Of a stretch of 64,000 nucleotides of DNA, positions 37,139 through 49,300 are shown in pieces (the first letter of the stretch is position 1; every line of letters starts with the position of its first letter). A program made the translations under genes and the position numbers. The notes beneath the pieces are model-generated. The model made no database searches and was not told where the DNA came from. It worked only from the letters and a program-made list of their open reading frames with translations. The DNA comes from Setoptus koraiensis (lineage: Eukaryota > Animalia > Arthropoda), in NCBI GenBank assembly GCA_048013815.1, contig CM106586.1, forward strand, positions 1,426,001 through 1,490,000, written 5' to 3'.

Positions 37139-37929
37139 ATGCCTGATAACATTGAGAGAATTTTTTACTTTCAACATTGTGATAGTCGAAAGAACATTTT
37201 TTCTTTTGAGCCTTCATCTAAGTGCCAAATATGTAATGAATCTCCAGAAACATATATAGTTGCTCCATATTGCCTGCCATATCCATTCAGCAATCCTCAA
37301 GAAAATCCTTGTTGCATTGTTATGCGACCAAGTCATGGTGATTTCCTCAAGTAAGTATAATATAGTATCACTCCACCTACTTGTACTCTAGTAGTTCAAC
37401 TGCAATAATCAATACAATAACTTGATGAAACCCAAAAATCTACAGCAACTATCAAAACTCTACTGGTTTACATTTAGGACTCACAGATCTTAATGGTAAG
37501 GTTCACGAATTTGACAACAGCGGGTTATCTTGTGACCTCAACCCTGAATCGTGGCATAATTGTCTCATAGTTGATATAGTGACTACTGTAATAGAAGATC
37601 TCGGTGGTGCTTCGGATAGCTTGACTAAAAACAAACTAGGACTCACCAAGGACATCATAAGTCATAATTGGCATATTCGTCTGTCATCCTCTAGCCTTCG
37701 TAATAAATGGACGGCTAGTAGTTATCATGATGAAAACAACAACTGCTATAATTTTGTATTGAGTTTCCTCAAGTTATTAGATTTCTCCCAGCTTTGCCAA
37801 TCATTAGACGATAAAACTAAATTTTGCCAAGATTTTCTCGTGCCTAGGACGCGTCTCGCAGCTAGATATATAAGTTTGTACCGAAAGATGAAGAAAAATC
37901 ATGGTGTGTTCGTTTGTGAAACCAGCTGA
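37139..37929 (+). CDS. MKRN2OS: MKRN2 opposite strand protein-like (DUF4796); exons 37139-37350 and 37446-37929
   Basis: FQHC...C..C; spliced RPSHGDFLNNYQNSTGLHLGLTDLNGKVHEFD; YHDENNNCYNFV; FLVPRTRLAARYISLYR. Confidence 0.85.
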
Positions 37930-38019
37930 GTTTCATAATTGCTACGTCAAACCGTTTTATTTGATTGTATCGACTAAACTACTAATCCATGATCCAAGTC
38001 ATGGGAATATATGAAATGT

Positions 38020-39552
38020 TCAATTTTGAACATTATCAAAAAAATCTATACATATGCCCATGAGCATATTTGTCTTTTTTTCTTCCTTAATAGTCTCTTT
38101 TAGGTATTCCATTTTTTCCTTTATAGAATCATTAGTGGTGAAACTTATCTTACGTTTCGGTGGTACATAATTATCTAATTCAGTTACGGTCTTTCTTTTT
38201 TGAGGAACGTTGATATTTTTGTTGCTTTTGTTGGTTGCAGGATTGGTTGCCAAATACTTTTTTGGACCAACAGGAAATGAATCTAGACATAGTTGATATT
38301 TTTTCTTGGCTTTCAACCTCTTCGTTTCACTATACCATTTCACTAAATACTTGGACATCAACTTAAGTTCTCTGCGTCTTTTGATTTGTTTGTATACATC
38401 AGCCGCAGTGAGTGCATCATTGTATACTTGAGTGCATATCTTGTTGACCTCCGAAATGGTGAATGCAGATAGATAGTTTGCAGTGATTCTATGGGCAGAT
38501 TGTTCTAAACATAATGTTGTGTGGGCAGTGTCTATAATGAGTTGATCGACCATGGAATTAAAAATCTCGCCACTCTTCGTGATGATATGCTTATTGAATT
38601 GTGAATCTAAAGTGTCCCGGCAGGCATCTCTAGTCAATTCTTTCAAAAGTCGATTATAAATAACATTTGCACATTCATATTGAACAACAGATCTGACTTC
38701 TATTTCAATCAGGTACTCAAGGAATTGACTACTCATGGAGTCGATCAAATGTTGCCGGTCTTTTTCGCCCAAGTTCGGCTCCTCACGTTCATTCGTTTCT
38801 TGTGTGATGGGTTGCAGGCTTCTAAGGATTGCTGGATTATGTTTTTGTATGAATTCGAAGCATTCGTTTTCATCGCTGAAGGCCAACTCCTCGGTTGTGA
38901 ATTTGAGAGATACATTTGGTCTGTAGGATTTAAAAATAATCTTCAATGCTTGCTTGCGCTCACGCTCAATAAACCAATCAATTAATCTTGCTGACATCGC
39001 TGGTGATTGTGTATAGAGAAAAAATAATTTATGATAGTTACATAATGACCAGGCGCGTCTTACTTGCAGCGCGTGGGCAACCACTGGATGCTGTCGAGAT
39101 GATGGTGGTAATTTTGAGAGGGTCATTTGTAGATCTGTAGTATTCTCAGTGAATACATAATATAAGATAAGGTATCCAAGGAATTCACATTCATTATCAC
39201 TATGTATGGACTCGTATAATGTTTTCAATTGACTTTGGCATTGATTGAATTCTTCGTGATCTCCTATTTCAAGCGCAATCCTAGCGTGAGTCTCATAGAC
39301 TTGAACAGTGAATTCGTTTCTGATGAATTGTACAGTTAAGTCCTGTCTAATTGATTTCAATTGATCACAAGCATAACGGTAATCGTGCTGCTCATTATTC
39401 CGCCAATACTCAACAACCATCTCTAGTGACTTATGCAAGACGTTTAGAGGTCGCACAGTGGATGGATCTGGGGCTGAAGTCAAGCGGAGATATTGTTTTT
39501 CCAATTCTTGGCATGTCCCAACAATGGCCGTGTTCAAGTCGAAATCAGCCAT
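38020..39552 (-). CDS. LENG8: LENG8/Thp3-type SAC3-GANP (PCI) protein with a long helical C-terminal extension, intronless
   Basis: IVGTC...[15 protein letters not shown]...[10 protein letters not shown]...[29 protein letters not shown] is diagnostic of LENG8; residues ~245-510 are extra (see findings). Confidence 0.9.
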   Translation of the reverse strand: MADFDLNTAIVGTCQELEKQYLRLTSAPDPSTVRPLNVLHKSLEMVVEYWRNNEQHDYRYACDQLKSIRQDLTVQFIRNEFTVQVYETHARIALEIGDHEEFNQCQSQLKTLYESIHSDNECEFLGYLILYYVFTENTTDLQMTLSKLPPSSRQHPVVAHALQVRRAWSLCNYHKLFFLYTQSPAMSARLIDWFIERERKQALKIIFKSYRPNVSLKFTTEELAFSDENECFEFIQKHNPAILRSLQPITQETNEREEPNLGEKDRQHLIDSMSSQFLEYLIEIEVRSVVQYECANVIYNRLLKELTRDACRDTLDSQFNKHIITKSGEIFNSMVDQLIIDTAHTTLCLEQSAHRITANYLSAFTISEVNKICTQVYNDALTAADVYKQIKRRRELKLMSKYLVKWYSETKRLKAKKKYQLCLDSFPVGPKKYLATNPATNKSNKNINVPQKRKTVTELDNYVPPKRKISFTTNDSIKEKMEYLKETIKEEKKTNMLMGICIDFFDNVQN

Positions 39553-39815
39553 GGTTTAAACATGTATAGATAATACTGACTGAATAATACTCTCCAATCT
39601 CGTCTGAGAGATGATCTTATTCGAACAAAGGACAAGTACGATAATAATGATAATAATACAATAAAATATATTAGTAAAATAATAATATATGAGCTTCTCA
39701 TGTCATGGAGGAAGTGTTGCATTTCGTTATTTTTATTATCCTCTACAGACATGTGCTTTTTGTTTTCTATTATTATTTGTAGAAAAGGCGCGTTTTTTGA
39801 AGAGTGGTCAGGGGA

Positions 39816-40501
39816 TAGTGATCGGGGGAGCAACTGAAATTTTGCTCCCCGTTTTGCTCCCCGCTCCCGCCCGGGAGCCAGCTCCCCCTCCCGCCCGGGA
39901 GGAGGGAGGCTCCCTCCTCCCCCTAGCTCCCCATGCTCCCCCTGCTCCCCCTAGCTCCCCTTCTGCTCCCCCTAGCTCCCGCTTGCTCCCCGTTACAGAG
40001 TGTACATAGAATATTGACAAATAAAGTACCCACTTTATATTGAATCTTATTTCATTGAAGTGACACCATGGATATCGATGATATCAAATAGGAATGAGTT
40101 GAGTGTCAATTCATCGATTTGAGATTTTAGATTGAATTTTGTTTCAATTGACACCCTGAATTTCAGACCAAGATTGACTTGCTGTATTCGAAAATTTTTC
40201 TACTCAAATCGATGAATTGACACTCAACTCATTCCTATTTGATATCATCGATATCCATGGTGTCACTTCAATGAAACAAGATTCAATATAAAGTGGGTAC
40301 TTTATTTGTCAATATTCTATGTACACTCTGTAACGGGGAGCAAGCGGGAGCTAGGGGGAGCAGAAGGGGAGCTAGGGGGAGCAGGGGGAGCATGGGGAGC
40401 TAGGGGGAGGAGGGAGCCTCCCTCCTCCCGGGCGGGAGGAGGGAGCTGGCTGACCTCGCTCCCGCTCCCCGTCGGGGAGGGGGAGGCTCCCCCGATCACT
40501 A
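39816..40501. mobile_element. Non-autonomous hAT-like fold-back MITE (686 bp) with 8-bp TSD TCAGGGGA
   Basis: TIR TAGTGATCGGGGGAG...CTCCCCCGATCACTA; identical 8-mer at 39808-39815 and 40502-40509; near-perfect internal inverted repeat (about 39880-40130 vs 40203-40450); many subterminal GGGAGC/GCTCCC motifs; no transposase. Confidence 0.93.
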
Positions 40502-40732
40502 TCAGGGGAGACCTGTTTCGCGCTACCCCCACAAGCTCACACTGTCGACAAGTGCATTTTTTTTTTCTTCTTTGATAAAATATTATCTTTGATGAAGAAT
40601 AGATGCGGAATACGAAGACAAAACACTCAAAAATTTGTTTTTTTTTTCAATAGAGAAAAATCTAATCCATCCTGTTGCCGTTGTGAGATGACATACAGAA
40701 ATAGATTGGATGAAACCGGCAAAAAGTGGATT

Positions 40733-40804
40733 GGGGCCAGCCGGGATTTGAACCCGGGACCTCGCGCACCCGAAGCGCGAATCATACCCCTAGACCACTG
40801 GCCC
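40733..40804 (-). tRNA. tRNA-Pro(CGG)
   Basis: GGGCCAG TG GTCT AGGGGT ATGA TT CGCGC TTCGGGT GCGCG AGGTC CCGGG TTCAAAT CCCGG CTGGCCC C; A and B boxes; T5 terminator at 40725-40721. Confidence 0.96.
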
Positions 40805-43377
40805 TCTACCACCAGGCAAAGGTGCTCAGATTCGTTGCAATCTCTGTAGGTCTAATGGGGCCGTCTTTATGAATGAAAATCAGTTTCATTCTAGGTCAAT
40901 TAATAAATGATCATTAGCTAGAATTTTATTCGTCCAACCTTACTGAATGTATCTTCGATCATCAAGAACCCTTGCCGAAGATCGGTAACGCGAACTGTCG
41001 ATGTACATGTATAACGAATATGCTTGGTCTTCTTGCTTGGATCGCTGCTAAGATTATCTAGTAGTATCTAACTATTTTGAATCGCACTTAATCGACACTC
41101 CATCATCACATGTCGCCTCATTCAATGTCGCTTCTATCGCTTACTCATCGCATATTTTTCGTTTCAATATTTTCATCCAATGTGAATAAGTTCATAAAGA
41201 CTAATTGAGTATAGTTAGTAAGTAGCAAAAAGTTGTGCACTTATTCAGTTACTCATTTGCATTCAAAGAAATGCAAATGAGCATATTTCCGAGCTAGAAA
41301 TGGCATAGAAACAAGAAGAGAGGTGAGACTAGTGAGAATAATAATAATATATTTCAATTGGGCCTTACGTGTGCTACGAGCTCGATAGAGATGGAAAGAG
41401 AGCTTGGAGTAACTCAGACAAATATATTCAGTAGAAGAAAAAATGCCATGCTCAATGTATTGCCGCCATCGCACCAATAGTGTAGTGTTGACTCAAAAAT
41501 GACTCCGAGAAAGATGTCACCACATTTGGGCAAAAGCCTCCATTCCGCTAGGCTTATGGGTGGGCCTCAATTCTGTATCGCAAGCATCGACTACTGCACA
41601 CAAATTGGGGGAAAACTTTTTCTTCTTCGAAAGCTTCTTTGCTTATTACTATTATTAGTGCAAGTATTTTTCATGTTCGCTATCATTTTCGCAAGCTGGC
41701 AACTCGAGCAATATAATAATATACATGTTGCAGTTTTATATCTATCCACAAGAGCACATATACCCACTAGGCCTACAATATAGTTGTCGCCTAGCATGCT
41801 TCGTTGCCTCTTGTTGCATTGTTGTTCAATCTAAATAATATGCACAACAACAACAATATATTATTTATTCATAAGTGTTATGTACCTCTTCCTAGTCTAC
41901 ATGTACTAGCCATAGTTCTTTATGGCTAGGGTGTGTTTATGCTATGTTCTATCTAGATCACCGATGAGCTCTTTTTCGTTTCCGAATGTAGCTCTGAATA
42001 CACTATGAGTCATATTGAGCATATCTGTATGCCGAGATAGTTTCAAAAGAAAAGCTTCAATGTTGTTGTCTTCTGTTTGAAGCTGGTTTAAAACTCTGAA
42101 CTTTCTCTCTTCGATTAGTCTCAAAGCCATATCTATTCATTTGACTCTGACTTACTTCAGGGTTTCTTAATAATATGTGACCCATAGTGCATCTTTGAGG
42201 GGCAAGAGGAGAGGTTCACATTGAGGTTGCAACTATTTGTCGCAGCGTTGTCATGACATACGACAACGCTACTTGATTCATGGTCTATATGTTCTGCTGT
42301 AAGCTTTTTCCAATTGTAATTGATAAGCCTTTGAATCAAGCAATAGACGTGGCTTCGTTATAAACTTTGAATTTACAAGGGCCACTATAGACTATAGCTG
42401 ATAATTCAAATTTGTATCTGTATGTGAGCTTTAATATACACTCCATTGGTGTGTGAAAGTTAATGTCGAGACCCATTGGCACACTGAGACACAAATGTTT
42501 TCATGACAGTTGCCTACTATGATTGACTACAAAAGGCATGAATGACAAGCAAAATTACTAGCGCTGTGCATCTATGAGATTCGCAAAGTTTGTCATCCGT
42601 TTTGACTTACCAATTGGGAGGATCCCTAATTTTTGTTGTTTCATTTGTATGGTGAACACAACTTTGCATCCCTCTGATGAAACCTCTCTCATCTAGCTTT
42701 CGATTTTCACTAAAGGGGGCGCCAATGGATTGTGTTTCGTGTCTTGACAAATAAACCATAACAACAGCGCGGACGAGTCTCGGTGTGATATTATCACTAC
42801 TACCGGGGTGATATATACTGCTGATAGTATATGCTATATTGATATGGGACATTTTCATGACAGAAGAAGTTGAAAATCAAGAGATAGAACCAATCAAGTC
42901 TATGTGAGAATTCAAGTCAAAAAACTAATACCGATGCTAATGGAGCCTAACTACAGCTACTTTTAGCCTATTAGCGCGCCACAATTGCTTGGGCCTTAAT
43001 AGAGATTATAATACAAATATATATAGTAACCGCAACAACAGCATTTGCAACGGCAACAACAACAACGACATCAGCAATATCGTTCAAGTCTTGTCGTTGA
43101 TGTATTACTGTGCCTAGCCTTTGTGAGGTCCTGCAACAGTGACGCCAACATTGATGTTGCAGCTTATGTATGATGCTGTAACTGACTGTTCGGTTGATGG
43201 TTCTCTTGATGAGAATAATTATACTTAGACTAATAATAATAATAAAAACAACAGAGGATAAGAAGAAGAGAACAAGCAACGTCAGTAGACAGCAGTTGAG
43301 AAGCAGTAGAGGCAGCAACAACAAAAAGAAAGAAGAGTGTAATCACACTGCTGGTAGTGAAGAAGCTAGTTAAGGAA

Positions 43378-46300
43378 ATGTCGATATATACGTTAACATT
43401 GCAAAGAGAGGACGACTTTGACGAAGAGGACGATGATGGCCTCGAAGATCAAATAGCGTCAACAGCAACTGATACTGAGGATGAAGCTAATTTTCAACAG
43501 GCAAACAAAAGTAGTTTTATTAGTAGTGATACTGATGATAATGGCCGATCGATTGGACAGCAGCAACGCGATTATAAACAACAAGATGGTAGTATTAATA
43601 GACAGCAAGACAACAATAACGCTATATCAGAGTCAACTAATAGCAGAATAAATTTAAGAAAAAAGAAAAAACAACGTATTGAGCATTCAGTATCAGTGAC
43701 ATTAGAGGTAGCAGCTCAATTGAAGTCTCCATCTCATATTTTGTGGTGCAAAGACGGCAAACCAATTAGTGAATTAGGTGTGCCACTTGAGACACACAGT
43801 CCATTACCTCTAGACCACCCAAACTATCCGCATTATCATCAGCCTACTACTCCAACACCGACATCGTTTGCATCAGTTAGTAGCCCTACGCCATTTTCAT
43901 TTAGTGGCGCCTATAGTCCAACACCATCAACTAGACCAACAACTCCAGGTGGTGCCTTAGTGAAATATCGACAAGAGTTTAATGAATACGGTTGTAAGTT
44001 AACTATAAACGATATACAAGACGAAGATTATGGCCAATATGCTTGCAAGATTGTAAACGATGACGGCCAAATAAATGTCACCACTCAATTGAAACCACAA
44101 GAGAAACAACAACAACTTAAACAGCAGCAACATTTTAATTCAAGAATCAAGTCCAGCACCTATTTGCACAATATGGCTGAGGTGATTGAAGTGAAAGAGG
44201 GAGATAAAAATATTGAGTTGGGCATACAGATATTGCCCGAAGTTGGCGATGATCAAGATGATATGACACAGGAAGAAAGAGATGATTTCATCAAGAATAC
44301 AACAATTGTTTGGATGAAAGATGATAAAGAGATTGATCTAAACAATAAAATCAACCAAGATCTCTATGAAATACAATATGATCAACAGGAGGGCTTCCAT
44401 AAGCTTATTGTAAAGAAGGCCAATCAAAAAACTGCCGGCACTTACACCTGTCTGGTGACCAACGAAAGTGGGACTAGTCAATGTTCGACACAATTAATTG
44501 TAAACTCTGGCAAGCCAAGATTAACTTCAAGATTGGAGGATGTTGAAGTGCATGCTGGCCAATGTCTTGAGTTTAGAATTAAATCTACAGGTGTACCAAT
44601 TGTTGATTCGTGTCAATGGACAAAAGATGACGTAATTATAGATGTCAATGCTAAAGATCAACGTTTTACGATTACACGCGAGGAAGAAGAATATGATGAC
44701 GAACAACGTGTTGTAATATTTAAACTGAGCATTGACGATATGCGTCTAGAGGATTCTGGAGTCTATAAGTGTCGCGTAATCAATGAATTTGGTTACGATG
44801 AGTCATCATGTTATGTTAAGGTCTTACAAGAGGTCATTGAAGAGCATGAAGAAATTGAAGAGACCATAGAGGAAACAATGCACGTAACAGGTGAGACAAC
44901 TATCGAAGAGACTGATTATGTCGATGACCAAAGACGTGAGACTAATAGAACTAGGCGACAAGAACAAGAAGACACTGAAGAGGAATCGCTTATCAAGAGA
45001 AGAAAACAGGAAGATTCAGAACGTGGAGGACCTAAATTTGCTCAAACATTACATGATTTAGTAGCTAATGAAGGCGACTGTGATATTGAATTAGTTGTTA
45101 AAACTGAACGCACAAGTGGTCGAAGACAATCTAGACCATCAATAAAATGGTACATTGGCGACATGGAAATAGTTGAGGAGACTAGCCATGAGCAATATGA
45201 AATCATCAATGAGGAAGACGAAGACACTTACAAGCTCATTATAAAATCGGCCAATCGTGACACTATGGGCCAATATAAATGTCAAGCATTAAATAGTGTT
45301 GGCAAATCTGAAACAAGCGCAAGCTTCAAGGTAATAACTAAGCCTAAATTTACCAAACTGATGGAGGACGTTGAGGCATCAGTGGGTGAAACAGTTAAAT
45401 TGAGCGTTGCCATCGAGGGCGAGTGCAATTCAGAGGACATAAAATTCTATCAGGGCAGAAAACTAATCAGCGAGGAACAATCTACTGAAACAAACGTCAA
45501 GATATACAAACTGGTGAAGGACAGTGTCGATCGTTTTGATCGAAGAATAAAGGGCAAAGTTGTTGAATTAGTAATTGAGAATATTCACATTGATAACATG
45601 GGCACTTATGAATGTGTTGCTTCCAATAATGCGGGCTCATCAACCTGCCAAGCAGAAATTGAGGTATTTGCCGAGCCACGTATTACACGCAATTTAGATG
45701 AATCGTTGCGCGTAAACAAATCCGACGATATTAGACTGACAATTGAGGCTTGTGGGAGCCCCAGACCAGTGTATAGTTGGTTCAGGAATGGCGTGGGCAT
45801 TGCCGAAGAAGAGGACAGAGTGTATACAGAAAGTATTATAACGACAACTGTAACAACAACTACAACCACTACAACAACCACCTCAAGTAGAAGAAAATCA
45901 ACCACAAGCGCTGATCAGATGGATAATGTCTGCGGTGAGACATTGGTTATAAGACGTTCCACGCCCGATGATGCGGGCGTTTATTCTTGCAAGGTTGAAA
46001 ATCGTCTTGGTAGAGTGAAATCAAATGATTGCAAGATTATAGTTATAGGTTATGGAGATGATTTAAATAGTGAACCGAAAATCATAAAAGATTTTCAATC
46101 CAATCAAACCTATACATTGGAGGAGGGTGAAAATTTAACATTGAAACTATTGGTAGACGGACATCCACGTCCCGAACAATACTGGTACAAAGATGAAGAG
46201 CTCATCATAAAGCGGACCTCAAGGTTTGAGACAGAGTCCGATGACCAAGAGTACAAATTGAAGATAATGCACAGTGAAGTGAATGATTCAGGCAAATATA

Positions 46301-49300
46301 AATGTGTGTTTAAAAATAAATTTGGTCAAACAGAATCAAAACAAGTGACTGTTAAAGTGACACGAGTGACACGAGAATCACAAAAGAGACGTCAACCTAG
46401 CTCGCCAAAGATCACACTTGATGCCAAAGATTTGGTTGTCGGTCTTGGTAGCAATGTCTCGTTTGATGTTCGCGTGACTGGTCATCCAAAACCTTTTATA
46501 ACCTGGTATAAGAATGGACGTCGGCTCACTGAGACAAGTGACGGACGTATTACGTTCATAGAGGAAGAGACGACTGTCACCGAAACAGAGGAGGGTAGTA
46601 TTATCCATAAGCTTGTGATAAGGGATGTTCGTCAAAGCGACGATGCCATCTATAGTCTCAAAGCCGAAAATGATCATGGATCTGTCAAGTCGTCTCTCGT
46701 TAGCTTGACGGTTGATAGAAGAAAGACAGCCACTGATGAGATATCAACCACGAGTACAACTGTGAGCACTACAACAGAAACAACTGTGACAACAACAACT
46801 GAAGAACAAGAAGAACAGCAACAACAAAGTGTTAAGCAAGTGTCAGACAAGCAAAGAATAATTGAAGAAGAAGAGGAGAGAATGGTGGTCACTACTGTTG
46901 ATGAAGATGTTATAATGGACGAAGAGGAAGAAGATGAAGAAGAAATAAATAAAGTAAAGAGGAAAATTATAACAACTAAAAAGACAACTACCACTACAAC
47001 CACTGAGACGACTGAAGTTGGCGAAGACGAAGAAGAGGATGAAGAAAAGAAAAAATTGACTAAACGACAGCGTCGCCAGCAACAAATTCAACGAGAAGAA
47101 GAAGAAGAGACAGTTACCAAGCGGGATACTGTTGTTGACATGGAAGTAGACACAGACGAATGTAGCGAAACATCGAGGCGCGATTCGAGATCTACGAAAG
47201 ACAGCAGAAAGTATGTTAGTGAGGACCAATCGACAGAGTCTGAGATAGAGCGTGTCAAATCGGGCAAACGTTCTCAGGCCGAAATAAAAGAGAGACAAGA
47301 AGAAGTAGAGAGGACAGAAAAACGAAGAGACAGCAGAACAAGGCAAGATGACAAAGAGACCGTTAATGAACTGTCTAGTCCAGCTACAAAAAGACGCCCA
47401 TTGGGTGTCAAGCAAGAGATTGGTCTCGACAGTGATGACACTGGTCCAAAGATTAAAAAAACAATCACAACCAGAAGAACTAGAGAGGACGAGGAAGAGG
47501 TCATTATTGACGAAGATGATAAGGAAAACAAGAAGAAAGAAAAGCCTACTCCGGTGAGTGTTGACAAGCAATAATTGAACGCCGATCATTCTGCTTGCTG
47601 TAATCTGTAGAATGTCAGATTATTAGTCCATGAGTATGTTGATAGCGTTGATTTCCTGGCGAAAGTAGTGAGACGGCTGGATTGATTGCACGGAACAAAT
47701 CACCAATTGTTGCATGAATGCAGAATTCTGAATTCATGGATATTCATCGGAAGCGTGCGCTTGCTGTAAATATCCAAACGGCATCCGGTGCTTACAATCG
47801 AACAATGAATATTAAGATTATATTCATTGCTAGCAGTAACAGATCCAACAATGAATATCCATAGATATGGATTCTGGGTTTGCACATGTTTTTTTGAGCG
47901 TCTTTTATTTCGTGCAAATTCAATGGAATCAGTGAGAAAAAATACGAACGCGACAATTATTCAACCGTTTTTTTATGCGCAGTCGATCAATTGCAGCTAA
48001 CGCGCCTCAAGATGGGGATCAAGTGGGGGCTTCATCGTCCTATTTGATTTTGCTGTATTATAGGTACGGCATTATCGGTTATTGTGCATGCGTAGCTTTG
48101 TTTTGATAATAATATACGTTGTGAACATAACTGCCGCCAATTAGCTGATTTTTAATTTAAAAATAATTATAAACAACAATAAAGAAATATATATTTTAAT
48201 TAGAGATGTTGGACAAAGGATTCGCATGAACATAATCCAATTTAAGCTTAGCTAACAAGGAAAGACTTTAATATATCGATAGATATTAACAGTTTCTGTC
48301 CAATCTTGGTGTGATACATAATCTGATAGCGTGGTCGGCATGAACCAGAAATTCTGAGCATACCGGATGAAGTGGTTGCGGGAGTGGGAAGCTCACCGGC
48401 TCTCGTAGTTGATGTCAGCGCCAAACCGAGGCCAAATGTAAGCTGGTACAAGGATGGACTCAAGATCACAGAGAGGATGTGTGATAATGGAAGAATTGAA
48501 ATCAAACAGATCGAATCCGGAGATGGGCAGACAACAAAAGAGATACTGGTGATAAAAAACTTGAAACCATCGGATGTAGCAATCTACCATATCNNNNNNN
48601 NNNNNNNNNNNNNNNNNNNNNNNNNNNNNNNNNNNNNNNNNNNNNNNNNNNNNNNNNNNNNNNNNNNNNNNNNNNNNNNNNNNNNNNNNNNNNAGATCGC
48701 AAAATGTCTGCAGCGGATCAACCCGTGGTCACAGGAATTGAAGAAACACCTGTTACATCGGATACCGTGAGGGGAGCTGCACCGAGTGAGACTGGTCCCA
48801 TCGCCCCGGTGGTCCGAAGTGCTCCCAAAGAGATTCTCACACCCAAGGGTGGTAAACCAATCCTTGAAGTCGCATTCGAGGCCAATCCTAAACCAGAGAT
48901 AGTCTGGTACAAAGACGGACGCAAAGTTGTCGAGCCCACTGATGGCCGACTGGCCATCATTGAAGAAGTTAAGCCGAATAACTTAACAATAACGAAACTT
49001 GTTATTGACAATGCGCGCTTACTTGATGTTGGCGAGTATGTTGTGAAGGCTAACAACGACCAGGGATCTGCCGAAACTAAACCTATAAAGCTGAAATTGG
49101 ATAGAAATCTCCCGCAAGAGGTAGAGCCAGTTACTAAAGGCGAACAGGTTCCAAAGGATGGTTCGGGTCCAGAGCGAGCTCCACTTGTCATAGAGGATCT
49201 GCCGGATGAGAAACAGACAATTCCTGAGGGCGAAGAACTGGACCTGAAAGTCAAAGTCGATGGTAATCCTATGCCAAAGGCAGAATGGTTCAAAGATGAT

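Noticed and set aside
39689-40575. Four Gly/Pro-rich ORFs mirrored on both strands
   Set aside because: They are by-products of the GC-rich inverted repeat of the MITE.
41253-43324. Short ORFs between the tRNA and obscurin
   Set aside because: They do not join into a coherent spliced product and show no RhoGEF or other domain motifs.
48274-48281. DRE motif TATCGATA in the obscurin intron as an internal promoter
   Set aside because: A single 8-mer in AT-rich DNA with no other support.
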